The translations under genes were made by a program, and so were the position numbers. The notes beneath the pieces are model-generated. The model was not told the DNA's origin, searched no databases, and was given only the letters and a program-made list of their open reading frames with translations. DNA of 63,916 bases, filler included, from Asterionella formosa (taxonomy: Eukaryota), in the NCBI GenBank assembly GCA_002256025.1. It is 21 parts of 21 records of this genome, joined end to end, with 100 filler letters (N's around TTAATTAATTAA, not from the genome) between each part and the next. Parts side by side here need not be neighbours in the genome. Positions count along the whole stretch, not along the records: positions 26,152 to 27,359 come from NKIB01003665.1; positions 27,460 to 28,667 come from NKIB01003666.1; positions 28,768 to 29,975 come from NKIB01003667.1; positions 30,076 to 49,538 come from NKIB01003668.1; 17 more parts are not named here. One strand, given 5' to 3'. This document shows positions 26,052-39,899 of this stretch, one piece after another (position 1 is the stretch's first letter; every line of letters begins with the position of its first letter).

Positions 26052-27182
26052 NNNNNNNNNNNNNNNNNNNNNNNNNNNNNNNNNNNNNNNNNNNNTTAAT
26101 TAATTAANNNNNNNNNNNNNNNNNNNNNNNNNNNNNNNNNNNNNNNNNNNNTGCCGTTGATTTGGAAACGACAGAAGAGGAAGTCTTGAAATTGAGATTG
26201 AAATTTGTAGCACCAGTATGTGGTTGTTGTAAAATACATTTTGTTTGCGATACGAGGAGGGCCCTGCCTCCTTGCCTTCCTAATTTGCAATTGCCAGTAA
26301 ATGCCGTTATCTTCAACAGGACTCATCATTCATTTTGCATGGCTGAGTGGCTGAGTGGCTGAGTGGCTCAGTGCCTTCCCTCATAATAATTCGTTCTTTG
26401 TTGTAGTCTACTACTGTTTGTACATGTACATACGACACACCGGTACCGACGGAAGTTTGCCGGTGCTCCAGCTCATCCGTTTAGTTAGTATGCATGTACC
26501 AGCATACCTGTTTATGGTGTCCATGTAGAAAACGATACCAGGTACCCTGGTACCATCCCGGACCTCGCCAACAACATCATACCGGTACAAATAATAACTT
26601 GTTGCATTTACCGCTGCTGAGAGGAGCACCTTGAGTGTTCTCGTCTTGATGGTGGCCTCTCGGAACCCAGTCGTATTGTAAAATAAAAGTTTACATCCCG
26701 GTAAGCACTGCTGGATAGGAGTAGAATTGCTATGTACTGTAGTGCTGCTGGGGTGTATGTAGTGCGTGGAGCTATGGTTGTTCTATTACTCAGAATGATA
26801 TCGTACGGACAAAAATTATGCTAGACTACTAGACCACTATTGCTACCAGGTATACCGGTACATTCTTAAATGTATGTAGGCCTTGTTGTTCAGCGACACC
26901 AATACAGCAGCATCGGTCGTCTCAGCATGTACCGGTATCGGCTTGTGAGCACAACGAAAAAACACTTGCTGTGAATCCTTCCCATTGCTTTGGTTTGTAC
27001 GTACCAGTATGTACTGGTACCGGGTAATGGTGGCCAAGACCTCGTGTCGGTACCTGTATTGTACTACCGGAACGCGGTATGTATGCTGAGGATAGACATT
27101 CCTGAAATCCAGTGCTGCCTGATGTTCAGCCTGATGCTAACATAGGAAACTACTCGACGAATCCAAAAACAGATCGACCAAG

Positions 27183-27359
27183 ATGAGCGCTGAGGAGCCC
27201 CCCTGCATCCTAGTCACCGGTGGTTGTGGCTTTATTGGATCCCACACGATCGCTGTTTTGTTGGAGCATAACTACAATGTCGTTGTCGTGGACAACTTTG
27301 TCAACTCGTCCCTGATCTCACTTGATCGAGTCGCGGAGATTTGCAATCTGTCGGAAGAC
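27183..27359 (+). CDS. GALE: UDP-glucose 4-epimerase, 5' fragment
   Basis: [14 protein letters not shown]...[11 protein letters not shown]ossmann signature. Confidence 0.9.
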
Positions 27360-27459
27360 NNNNNNNNNNNNNNNNNNNNNNNNNNNNNNNNNNNNNNNNN
27401 NNNTTAATTAATTAANNNNNNNNNNNNNNNNNNNNNNNNNNNNNNNNNNNNNNNNNNNN

Positions 27460-28667
27460 ATGATCCACCAGAATCCACCTCATCTGACCAGTCTCATTCC
27501 AAGAGTGAAGCTGACCCTCCATTTAATGATCATCTTGCTGCCTACAATGCAGATAATCCATTCTTACCAAGATTCCGCCCCATTCCAGCTACAGAAGAAG
27601 AACTCACGAACCATCTCAGAAATCTCCACATCTGCTCCTTGCATTGTAATTCTAATGCTCCTGAAGTTGCCTGGTTCCAAAGTTCAACCACTACTCTTCT
27701 TGGTCCCTATGGTGGTCAATATGCCCAAATTAGTAAAACATTCACAAAACTTGTTACACTTGATTCCGCACACTTCTTTGCATGGTATAATACACTTCGC
27801 GCAGCCTTTAATTCCACAGGATTTCACATGGATTTGCTCCCAAAAGTCATTGACATGGTCTATGATGCTGACCTCCGAGATTCTCCAACTGATGGTGAGC
27901 TTCTTGAAGGAATGCGCATCAAATTTGGTCCCAAACTTGGTATAACAGCAACTCCTCAGTATTTTCAAGGTGAACATTGTCAATTTAGCAACATTCTCTA
28001 TTCTGCTCTCAACCATGGCGACATACTTCCACTTCACCAGGGTAATCAAGCTAAGGACATACTTGAGAAATATAGCCCAACTGGAGATGGATTTGGTGTG
28101 CTTCAAGATTTTTTACTCTTATTTCATCTGAGAGATAATCAAGCCCCTAGTTTCCCTGATCATACAGCAAAGGCGCCTCAATACACGCTTACTGGAAATC
28201 AGACCACAATGGATGGTCTCACTCGCTACAATACGCAATATACGCAATGGCTTGCTCTCTTGCATCTCTACCCTGAACATTCAACTTTTCGTAAAGTGGA
28301 CATTCCCTTGCATTATTTAAATGGTTTAGGAGTTAACGCTCACTATCTTCAAGAAGAATTATTTGCACTCCGGGTTATCAAAACAAATGATCTCCAACTG
28401 TATTCAGAGCACCTTCCGGCAAACAATATTCCCAAGAGATTACAAGTGGAAAGTCTATACAACAAACTCAAATCACTCCTCCAACATTTACCTACTCCTC
28501 GCACCCATCGTTCCACTCATGGGATCACTCTACCTGTTCATGCTGATGTGGTTTCAGTCGCTACTATTGACATTGCACACACATTGGAATGTGCTCTTCA
28601 AGGCCACCCTGATACCACTACTCATGACCACAATCCCATTCATGCGCTCATGATTTCGGCCATTAAT
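27460..28667 (+). mobile_element. internal fragment of a long ORF, probably an LTR-retrotransposon gag-like region
   Basis: One frame is open across the whole contig with no introns and C/A/T-rich composition. The DGFGVLQDFLLLFH motif resembles diatom copia-associated gag proteins. Confidence 0.4.
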
Positions 28668-28767
28668 NNNNNNNNNNNNNNNNNNNNNNNNNNNNNNNNN
28701 NNNNNNNNNNNTTAATTAATTAANNNNNNNNNNNNNNNNNNNNNNNNNNNNNNNNNNNNNNNNNNNN

Positions 28768-29455
28768 TCGCAACAGGGACACCATAAACTCCCAAATCAA
28801 ATAGGCCGATTTTTGGTTCCTTTGGATAATACTTGAGTAACAAACCCGAAACTACAAGGTTGGTCGATGTACCAATCAACGTACATGTCCCTCCTAAAAT
28901 AGTAGCAAAGGAGAGCGGAATCATCAACTGCTGCCGAGGAACGCCGATATTTCTTGCCCAACGAAGGGTAATTGGAATCATGACAGCTACGATGGGTGTG
29001 TTGTTCAAAAAAGCAGACAAGGTGGCGATAGGAACCATGAGTCGGATCTGAGCGCCAGCAATCGACTTGGGGTGTCCAAGCACTTTTCCCATGTACCAAT
29101 CGAGAGCTCCTGTGCGACTAATGCCTTCCGCAACAACAAACAAAACAAGCACTGTCAAGATCCCTTCGTTGGAGAAGCCGCCGAGTCCTTCGGATATGGT
29201 AATGATCTGGCAAGCCATAAATATGGTCAATCCGGCGATCATGACCCAATCAGCTCCAATTCTGTCGGACAAAAGGATAGCAAACATAAAGAACACGGTG
29301 ATCGATACAACTAGAATTTCCCAAAGTTCGCCTGTGGTCTTTGCTGGAGCAACAGTCGCGAGATATCGCTGTTCGTCATGCGGACAAGGGCAGTGGTCGA
29401 GCCATGGAGCATCTGCTCCGGCACTGCTTAAAGGAAGGATGTCGTTAATTGCCAT
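28768..29455 (-). CDS. SLC13/CitMHS-type Na+-coupled anion (sulfate/citrate) transporter, 5' fragment
   Basis: GFSNEGILTV, SAFLNNTPIVA, LMIPLSFATILGGTCTLIGTSTNLVV. Confidence 0.9.
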
Positions 29456-30686
29456 TTCAGACAAGTGGCCTAAGATGCTGGTTATGCAACTTAAGAAATT
29501 GTGAGATGATTCGTGAAGTTTCATTTCTCGCCAGTATTTTGAAACCTGGAGTTAGCATTCGCTCTATAGAGGATGTACTGTTATGTTTCTCAGTACCTGG
29601 TACCTGGTACCAGGGTACCAGGTACCATTTACCAAATCTCAGACGCACATCACCTCATGGTCACACCGTACCGATATGTACCAGTACACACTGGTACATG
29701 CAGTGTACCGGTACACATAATCAACATACCGGAAAGCATCGCCTGACCATCTCATGCTGACTTTCAGACGTGTTCTCCTTTTTTCAACGAGACCCTCCTC
29801 TCAGACGTACATGTCATTTTATTACTTATATCATTATTATTTGTCATCTTTATTCATACAGATTCCTTGTCTGTAGATTATGCTGTACTCGAAGCAATTT
29901 GTAAATTTTTTGTATGCACTCAATGCATGTATACCATGGTTTATGTCTCATTATACACTGTTGTCCCTGTATTGANNNNNNNNNNNNNNNNNNNNNNNNN
30001 NNNNNNNNNNNNNNNNNNNTTAATTAATTAANNNNNNNNNNNNNNNNNNNNNNNNNNNNNNNNNNNNNNNNNNNNCTGTGCTTCCTTGTGTAAAGAATCA
30101 TTTTTTATCACACCTGCCCTTGTATTATTGTGTTTTGACTCATCCAGGAGTACCGGGTATTGTCACTCGTTCGAACAGTCATGAGCGATTCGTGCTCGGC
30201 GAAGTGGTGTTCTGCAGGATTAATAGCTGGGCGACGGACGGGCACATGTAGGAGCATGATGTCTACTGGAGAAGGAGTACCAGGATCCTAGTACCTGGTA
30301 CCTATTACCGGTACATAAATGGTTGCCGATATCTTTGCTTCCCTTCCAACCGCTGTTGCATCAAGGGAACAATACGTAGGATTCCACCGTCGATTCTGTT
30401 GTGACCTATTACTGGTACCAGGTGTGCACTGTGGATTACATAGAGATAATCAACTTAAAAGTGCCACATATGCTCCATTATTCAATAGCCACCCCTAGGG
30501 CTGAGATCCCTCCTCGCCCCTATTCATCTACGTACACTTCTTTCGGAGTAACACGTTGCTCACTTTTGTTGTACTGACGAATCAGAACAATATCCATTGA
30601 TATCCATTGGCTATCATATCTTGTTCCAAACCTTCTTGCAATCCAAAATCTACACCCGAGAACTACATACCACTCTCCGCATCAAA

Positions 30687-31250
30687 ATGGCTCCTGTTGT
30701 CATCTATCCAGCTAAGTCTGCCCCATCTCTTGTTTTGCAGACTCTTGATGGTGACACATTTGACTTAAAGGCAGTAAGTCCAAAGCAATGCACCATCGTC
30801 GTCTTTTACCGAGGCCTACACTGTCCCCTCTGTAAACTCTATCTCAAGGAAATCGAAGAGCACTTCGACGACTCTACTACCAAAGGCATGGAAGTGATTG
30901 CCGTGTCTATGGATTCCGAAGAAACCGCACGTCAGACTGCCTCGGACGTCAGTATGTCGCTGGGAGGAGGGCAAACTTCTCTTCTGACCAAGATTGGTTA
31001 TGGCTTGACGGAAGACCAAGCGAGATCCTGGGGCCTCTACATGTCCTCGAAGTGTCCTGGGACCAGCGAGCCTGACATCTATGGTGAGCCAGGTTTATTT
31101 GTGGTCCAACCTGATGGTACAGTCTTCTTTGCTCAAGTGCAGTCGGGTCCTTTTACTCGACCTGCCTTCGGTCAGTTGTTGGGATACCTTCAGTTTGCGT
31201 TTGACAACAATTACCCAATCCGCGGTGATTTGACTGTGAGTCAGGAGTGA
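30687..31250 (+). CDS. peroxiredoxin-like AhpC/TSA family protein (bacterial type)
   Basis: FYRGLHCPLC, VSMD, ARSWGLYMS, EPGLFVV.PDG, PFTRP, YPIRG; intronless. Confidence 0.88.
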   Translation: MAPVVIYPAKSAPSLVLQTLDGDTFDLKAVSPKQCTIVVFYRGLHCPLCKLYLKEIEEHFDDSTTKGMEVIAVSMDSEETARQTASDVSMSLGGGQTSLLTKIGYGLTEDQARSWGLYMSSKCPGTSEPDIYGEPGLFVVQPDGTVFFAQVQSGPFTRPAFGQLLGYLQFAFDNNYPIRGDLTVSQE

Positions 31251-31435
31251 GTGTCGCAATATAATATACAACATGGATAGAGGCCCTTTTCGTACTGGTA
31301 TATCACCTCGTAATAGTCCTAAACGACAAGGAAACAACATTGTGAATTTCCTTTACTGCATCATCACTATAGTTTATATGAAAACAAATCAAATGAGATA
31401 CCATTTCTCTACCTTTCCATCATTTAGGAGAATTT

Positions 31436-32684
31436 TTACTCCGCTGCCAAAAAGTATGCCACTAGATCTCGTGCACTCACCACGCCCACCACACAATCTG
31501 CGTCGTCCACCACAAACAACCGATTAAACCGAAGCTGCGCAAAATATTCAAAAATGCTTTGTAGCGTATGAGATTTAGTGCACGTGTGCAATGCATCTGG
31601 CGTGGTAACATCTGTTCGTTGCTGTTGCATAACAGTCTCCAATGTCAAATCCAAGTTGGCAATCGCATCTTCCGCATCCGAAGCGCTGGCCAAAAAAGTA
31701 ATGTCAGATCTCGAGTAGACCCCCAAAATCTTGTTAGTCTGGGCATCTACCACAGGCAAGGCTGACAGTCCATGTTGATGCAGAAGTTCCAGTGCATCTG
31801 CCAAAGATTGGGTTTGCGTGATTGTGACGAGCTTTTCATGGTAGGTCCCAATGCCCAAATCATAAATTGTATCATCAAAGAGCCTTCTTTGCTCTCGAAA
31901 GTGTGTGACCAAATGTTCCAGCATATTCGTGTACGTGACAGTTGCCAAGACTCTCATGTCCTCGGGAAAGATGATTGGTAGAAAATCTAGAGAATGATGG
32001 TGCAACAATAAGCAGGCTTGCTTCAGTGACGTGGATGTGTCAGCCGAGAGGAAGCCTCGGAAGCTGCCGCCCGCATCTGACTTGACCAACACCGAACTAG
32101 AGATCGTAGGATCGTTCAGAATTTCCGCAATGGATCTCGTTGCCAAGGCGGAGACGTCAGATTTGGTTTTACGGTAGTGCCTTAGAATATCAATAAAGTC
32201 AGTGACCGTCAAGAGGCCTACAAATTGGCAGAGGGCAGGGTCCCAAAGCGGTGCTGCTTGCATGTCTTATTGAGTAGAGAGAGGGGTATAGTATGGTTAG
32301 TTGATGAGTTCCAGGGTTCCTGATAACAAGGGTCACTTCCCTCAACCCGTTAGGAACCGCACGACAAAAGCGGACCACAGACATACCGTCCCGCCAACAG
32401 TACGTACAACACACCCAGTCTCGACATTTCTAGTAAGATGCAAGATTGACCATGAACGAGTTATGCTGCTTACCATGTTCCACTAATGCGTAAAAGGCGA
32501 GCTGGATGGGTATCCTTGTATCAAAGACGACGACTTTACCAGACGCCCGAAGGACGCTGAAGCAAGTATGACTGTCCAAAAAGGCAGAAATAGCCTGTCG
32601 GCCTGCCGAACGAACTACTTCTCGCTCATTTGTGACCATGGATTGGTGCGGAACGCTCTGGTCCATCATGTTGCTGTGTAGCAT
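31436..32684 (-). CDS. SNF4: AMPK/SNF1 gamma subunit (four CBS domains)
   Basis: SGKVVVFDTRIPIQLAFYALVEH / intron 32473-32266 / DMQAAPLWD...FVGLLTVTDFI...SALPVVD...YSRSDI. Confidence 0.92.
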
Positions 32685-34244
32685 TATACTGGTATGAAGA
32701 TAGGAACGAAGAAGCACTAAAATGGGGGACTTTGAGTGTTGGTTGGAAGGAAACAATCAATCAACGAGGTATCATCACCTTTCCTCTCTCAAATTGACAC
32801 TCTACGCCAAACCCTTCAACATGTATGTAAAATGTAAGTGCCTCGTACACCCCTTTCTACCGGTACACAAATACGTACAAAAGGGGATACAACTACCGGT
32901 ATGATTCTTCACACGACGAGTGTGCAAGAAAGCACGGTTTGTACTATTCAGAAGGCAGAGCTAAATTGCTTAATTCCCAGACATTCCAGTACATAGTGTT
33001 GTTATTTACCAGTTGTATATCATATCTACAGGCACATTAATTGGCAACCTTTAAAAAAACACAACAGAATATATTGTTGCATGTGTGGTTTATGCCATAA
33101 ATTGTTGTACCCATAACACAAAATTTGTGTTTGTGTTAACCTAATTTTTTACAGGTAGTAATAGCAGTGTAATACATACATAAAATTGTGGTTATTCATG
33201 TATGACTTCACATATTTTCCTGAAATATTTCAAGACTTGTTTCCTCATTGNNNNNNNNNNNNNNNNNNNNNNNNNNNNNNNNNNNNNNNNNNNNNNNNNN
33301 NNNNNNNNNNNNNNNNNNNNNNNNNNNNNNNNNNNNNNNNNNNNNNNNNNNNNNNNNNNNNNNNNNNNNNNNNNNNNNNNNNNNNNNNNNNNNNNNNNNN
33401 NNNNNNNNNNNNNNNNNNNNNNNNNNNNNNNNNNNNNNNNNNNNNNNNNNNNNNNNNNNNNNNNNNNNNNNNNNNNNNNNNNNNNNNNNNNNNNNNNNNN
33501 NNNNNNNNNNNNNNNNNNNNNNNNNNNNNNNNNNNNNNNNNNNNNNNNNNNNNNNNNNNNNNNNNNNNNNNNNNNNNNNNNNNNNNNNNNNNNNNNNNNN
33601 NNNNNNNNNNNNNNNNNNNNNNNNNNNNNNNNNNNNNNNNNNNNNNNNNNNNNNNNNNNNNNNNNNNNNNNNNNNNNNNNNNNNNNNNNNNNNNNNNNNN
33701 NNNNNNNNNNNNNNNNNNNNNNNNNNNNNNNNNNNNNNNNNNNNNNNNNNNNNNNNNNNNNNNNNNNNNNNNNNNNNNNNNNNNNNNNNNNNNNNNNNNN
33801 NNNNNNNNNNNNNNNNNNNNNNNNNNNNNNNNNNNNNNNNNNNNNNNNNNNNNNNNNNNNNNNNNNNNNNNNNNNNNNNNNNNNNNNNNNNNNNNNNNNN
33901 NNNNNNNNNNNNNNNNNNNNNNNNNNNNNNNNNNNNNNNNNNNNNNNNNNNNNNNNNNNNNNNNNNNNNNNNNNNNNNNNNNNNNNNNNNNNNNNNNNNN
34001 NNNNNNNNNNNNNNNNNNNNNNNNNNNNNNNNNNNNNNNNNNNNNNNNNNNNNNNNNNNNNNNNNNNNNNNNNNNNNNNNNNNNNNNNNNNNNNNNNNNN
34101 NNNNNNNNNNNNNNNNNNNNNNNNNNNNNNNNNNNNNNNNNNNNNNNNNNNNNNNNNNNNNNNNNNNNNTACTTCCACAAGCCGTTTCTGCAAACAGTTG
34201 ATCGATTGGCCATAAATACAGAGGGCGAGTTCTCAGTCATTGTC

Positions 34245-34740
34245 ATGTCGATCGCTTCTGATGTTATCGCTTCTGAGGTTATCGATTGGGATGAAGCGAT
34301 GGAACAATGTGGAGACGATGAAGAGTTCCTGCGGGAGTTATTAGCAGACCTTCGAGACGAAACAGACACCCAAGTGGCCAAGATTGAAGAAACTATTCGA
34401 GTAAGTCGGAGCTGGCTTGTAGAACTCGTGTACGAACCGCTACATACGTCAATCCATCCTTGAATCTTTCTCACAAAATGTCCACTCCACATAGAATCCA
34501 ACGGAACAACCATTTCATCGAATAATGAGAGCGTCGCATGTGATTAAAGGTGCAGCGTCGAACTTGATGTGTCAACAACTTCGACAGGCAGCCATGGAAC
34601 TGGAACAAGCGGCTTCCAATGCAAATGATTTGGATCAAAACGCTTCTGGTGCCGCCATGTCCTTGGTAAAAACCAAATACATGGATCTGAAGGAAGCGAC
34701 TGAAAATTATCAGGCTTTTTTGCGGAGTATAAGCGTGTAG
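34245..34740 (+). CDS. stand-alone histidine phosphotransfer (Hpt) protein
   Basis: IDWDEAMEQCGDDEEFLRELL; intron 34401-34494; ASHVIKGAASNL (HxxKG) motif. Confidence 0.92.
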
Positions 34741-35789
34741 TTCGGATAGTTTTCCGTTGGTGAATTATTGTTTGGAGTTGACAATCTGTGAACTGTACAC
34801 AAAAGATTTCGTCAAAGCAGGCTAGTATCGAAGATTTATGTACTAGTCTTACTTGGTTCAACAAATGGATGAAAACAAACTATAATAGTAGAAAGTAAGT
34901 TTGACAAGCACTTTGCCACGCATACCGGTTCCGTCCTATTTCCCTTTATTTTTGCTGTTGCTTTCAGCTGATGTTTCTGCTTTCGTTTTAGTGTAGAAAG
35001 GTACTTTACCCAATATTGCGATTGCATGCTGAACCACAAGGTGAAGGGCTTGAAGCGAGCAGCACTTTATAAGTTGAGGACTCCTATTTCAGCATGTATG
35101 CATGCAGTGCAGGTAAAGTTTACTAATATTATCGAGGCCTCTTCATGTACTGCAACCTGCCGAAACCTATCTAGATTGCGAACTGTATATGTAGACTACC
35201 AGTAGTCCAGTCTAACCTCTTCGTAGTAGCATACAACATGTGCTGAAGTACAATGTATCATGCTACTGTATGATGTATGTCAGTGCTATTTTTTGTCACT
35301 TGTTGCTTGCTACTCCGTACCAGTGTAGAAAACAGCTTCATACCAATCAGCCACGAGTCCAGGAATTCTCCCGACTTTCCTTCTCTCCGTAGGAGGAATC
35401 CATAATTTTGTACAGTACGTTGGCAACAGGAGAGTACATATCCCGAAATAGTATACACCAAACGGCAGTTATCTGGTGGTTAGTCTACATCATAGGTCGG
35501 TGATATGATTATACTGCAGGAGAAATGATATTGCGGGCAAGAGAAATACAGTAGTATACTGGTACACCATATTCACTTGGCGAACAGTTACGTATCATTC
35601 CAATATATTGAAATGGCAGTATACCAGTATACTGATACTGCTACCAAGAAAGCAGTATTCTTATTGTCACTCAGTATGCAGCAGGCAGTCATGGCAGCTA
35701 CTTAAGTGCTTTGGTTCTATTATGTTAATCTACTTGATCATCGTCCATTTCTTATGTGATAGTCCTACCCATTGCTTTACTGATCACAA

Positions 35790-37520
35790 CCTCATTCCAG
35801 TATTTTTTTCATTTTTAGAAATAAAATTGCTTCAAGCACAGCAGGTGATGGTGACTTCCTCACACAAGTAAGAATGTGTTTAGCAATGGAAAAGATCATT
35901 TCACAACTAACAGAAGTATCAAGGAGGACGAGGTCAAGACAAGTATAATTCTCATTGATGGACTGGCTGGAATGCACATTTGCGACTTTTAATCCTCTTC
36001 TGAGGAATCAAGTCTGCATAGTTTTGTTGGTGTTCTGAAGAATCAGCAACATCTGAATTTCAAGAACATTCTGAAGAGGAATCATTACTCATAACATTGG
36101 TAGGTACAGCATGTGCGTGTCTTTCTAAGTTTGCAACTTTATTGCTCTCATCGGCATTCAGCTCCTCACCTTTCATTACCTTTATGACAGCCAACTCAAA
36201 CAGTGTGTCATGCACAATTTGTGCATTAATGGCAAGGTACTTTTTGAATTTGGGATAGTCTTCAAGCACATGATCAAATATTTCACGTACTTGTAGGGAT
36301 GTGATTCCTCGTCTCTGGAGCGCTAGTACTGTGACTTGATTAAACTTTATCATGTGCTGAAATGCCGTTTGCAAATCCCTCACTTCCACACAAGATAGCA
36401 TAAGAGAAGCAAGCAGAAAATTGACCCTCTCAAGGTGTAACTTGATCTCAAAGAAACATTTTATGCTGGCTGGTATACTGCTGAGATGACCATCATGTTT
36501 CATTTTCTGTGATGGTCACAAGAGGAGTGTATTGTCTTAAAGTGGCAGAGTTTTTTAGCGTTCCTGCCTTCTCCATCAAGCAAAATGCTTAGATTCATAT
36601 CAATTCGAAGGAGAGACTGGCTGTTCCACCACCCAATTCTTGATTGCTAGGTTAAACTTGTGCAAGCCACAACACAACAAAGGAACTCCAAGAAGTCTTG
36701 CCATGCTTTGATTCACTGGACAGGTGTCTCCAGCAAGGCAAACAATGTTGTGTACTGTCTTCCCATAGTTTGTAAGAGTCTTGGTGATATGACAGACATG
36801 GTCTTAACTCCTTCAGCAAGTAGAGGCTGCATCGATACAACAATGTTTCAACAGCTAAGTTGCTGATAGGATCAATGTAGGATGCATGAATTCCAATGAA
36901 CTGTTCATTACCCTCTTTCCATCTATCAAATACTAGCACCAGCTGGTAGCTGCTTGTGCTTAATCTTTGTTTTTACCTCTGACTGTAACAAGAAAATCAT
37001 TTTCCGAGGAAGCAACTTTGAGGTGATATTCATGATGTACTTATACAGCCAGCCAGCCCTTGCCACTTTGCATAGGATATGGCGGATGCCAGGTGCAATA
37101 TTTCACCATTTCTAATCACTGTCCAATGTTGATGGGGCCTTGGCCTTCCACTCTCATCTACTCAAAGATTCTGCAGTAATAGTAGGCACAAGGAGTGAAG
37201 GGTGTCATGATCTGGTGCAGGTGTTGATGCACCAGCAGGAAGATCATGGAAATCAATGCAAGATTTCACTTGCAATGAATTTATATTATTACCTTGATTG
37301 TGAAGTGTGTTACAAACCTATGGTGTATGGCAACTCATTCCATTTATGTCATATCATATTACTATGTCTACACAATCTTTTTATGGATTACAAAACACAC
37401 CACTGTTGTCTCACCTTGGCCAGTTGCGCTTGCTTTCAAGCTCAGTAGTGTGCAAACCAGTCAGCAAATTTAACAAAAGAATGATGAGTTTCTTCTCTTC
37501 ATTTGCTGGGATGTGTATTT
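35790..37520 (-). mobile_element. degenerate hAT-family transposase pseudogene
   Basis: Broken ORFs with FDRWKEGNEQFIGIHASY, LALQRRGITSLQVREIFD and a C-terminal TSVSCEMIFSIAKHILT..RKSPSPAVLEAILFLK (hAT dimerisation-like); many stops and frameshifts. Confidence 0.75.
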
Positions 37521-38015
37521 GATTATCTAGGTGCAGCCGGGGTGGGTATTATTTAAGCTTGGTTCGAGTATGGGGATGGAGTAGGTATGTTATTTTACAT
37601 GGTCTACATAATGCTGTATATTAGGACTGTATTGATGTACCTGGTACTGTAGCATCACAGGAGTGGAATATTCCAAGTACATAATACTATGAATACTTAT
37701 GATGGCTGGACAGCTCCATACAACGGACTGACGTACGGACATTGTCTCGTGGACTTTTGGAGGGCACTTGACCATAAAAAATAGCTAGTAGAGGAAGCAC
37801 GCTGGTAAGTGCAGCCGCAAACGGTACAGTACGTGGTACGACTGTACCAGGTACCAGGTACCAGGTACAGCTAAGTGTATAGCAAGCACTATCATGCGCA
37901 AGAGTACCGGTACCTGGTACCACTTCATAACGGTACTATACGTAGGTAACTCGACAACAATCGACGCATTGCATTGCATTTCATTTCCATCAGGTAGGTA
38001 CGAGCAACTATAGCC

Positions 38016-39282
38016 ATGGCCGACCAAGATTTGGAGTTGCCCGAGCCCTCGCTCAAGAATATCATTGACCAAAAGTCCCTTCAATGGGTCTTTGTCGGAG
38101 GAAAGGGAGGTGTCGGAAAGACAACGACATCTTGTTGTCTCGGTGTTCAGTTGGCCAAGAGTCGGAACAAGGTGCGTTGCTGTCTGTGGTCTGGTGTGTG
38201 TCCTTGTTCTTGTTTGGTTTACATGGAGACAGACTCCTAGTTAGTTAGACCTCTCACTCAATGACTCATCATCACCTGCGCAGGTATTGATCGTGTCGAC
38301 AGACCCGGCGCACAATCTCAGTGACGCCTTCTGCCAAAAGATCGGGCGCGAACCGACTCCCATCAATGGCTTCGACAACCTCTGCGCCATGGAGATTGAT
38401 GCGAATGACGACATGGAAGAAATGCAGCGGTCCATGGAGGAAGTTGCCAGCGAGGATGATTCAGGCCTGCAGTCTCTCATGACGGAACTTACCTCTAGCA
38501 TTCCTGGGATTGACGAAGCCATGTCTTTTTCGGAGCTCATGAAGCAGGTACAGAACCTGGACTTTGATGTGGTGGTTTTCGACACTGCCCCGACGGGGCA
38601 TACGTTGCGTCTCTTGTCGTTCCCGACTATTCTGGAAAAGGCGCTCGGAAAGGTCATGGAACTCAAGGACCGGTTTGGGGGTTTGATCGGACAGGCAAGT
38701 GCCATGTTTGGCGGAGGAAACCCGGGACAGGTGCAAGACATGTTACTGGGGCGTTTGGAGGAGACCAGAGCTGTCATTAACAAGGTCAATGATGCCTTCC
38801 AAGATCCAGCCAAAACGACGTTTGTAAGTTATGTGATTTATTATTTTGGATTTATTCGATTTTCAACATGGCGCTTTCTTCTGACCATTTACTTCGGAAT
38901 ATGAATGTAGGTATGCGTCTGTATCCCGGAATTCCTTTCCATTTACGAGACGGAACGTCTAGTCCAGGAACTATCCAAGTTTGGAATCGACTCACATAAC
39001 ATTGTGGTCAATCAAGTCTTGTTCCCAGAAAAAGACGCGGAGGAACTTGGGGAATGGTTCGATAGTACCAAGGACTCGCTGCCCAAGGAAGCTGCAGACA
39101 TTTGCGGCAAGTTCATGGCTCGGAAGCGAATGCAAGACAAGTACATTGGACAGTGCTTTGATCTATACGGAGATGACTTTCACGTCATTTTGATGCCATT
39201 ATTGGACCACGAAGTGCGTGGTGTCGAAAAATTGAAAGAATTTTCTGAATATTTGATTGATCCTGTGGATTTGGAAGAGTAA
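38016..39282 (+). CDS. GET3: ATPase GET3/ASNA1 (tail-anchored protein targeting)
   Basis: [39 protein letters not shown]; introns 38172-38283 and 38824-38910. Confidence 0.96.
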
Positions 39283-39899
39283 TTGCAAACTGCATCACAA
39301 TCCACAATATTAGTCACTCATTCAATCAACGGTTGTTAAGCCAATCATTCACTGGTCTTTATTGACTGTTGGAGCGAAGCTGTTCGTGATGTAGTTCCTG
39401 TCGTGTTATTATTGCCAGATTGGTGTACTCTAAAAGGGGTTTGTAGATTCTGCCTATCTGCCGTTATTCCAATGTATATTATGACAATTTTTGAAAAAGG
39501 CACTAGGTCGGCGGTAGACGGCTATCATCTGCGCCTGAAAACCTTTCAGCTATTCCTCATAGTCATTTTTATGTTTTGAACACTAAGGTTTCACTAAACC
39601 CTTCCAAAAGAAGTGACCGAAAAGTGAGAACTCTACTGGTAACTCATTTTACGCGCTGCCTCGGGCACTATCTAATCTCTTGTGGTGGGAATCATAATGT
39701 GAAAAAATTCTTAATGAAATGTCGTTTTGCATTTTAAGCAGTCAAATAAACCCACGTTGTGACCAAGATTTAGCTGTCATCTCGATCAGCTGGTTCTCCT
39801 TTTCAGGTTGCCTACTGGCAATGCAATTGGCAAAATGCCAATGGCTTTCCAACTTGATCCCTTTGATCTACCCAGATCACAGGTGATAGAATTCTACAT

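Noticed and set aside
26341..26373. (GCTGAGTG)x4 microrepeat
   Set aside because: Simple short tandem repeat with no supportable function.
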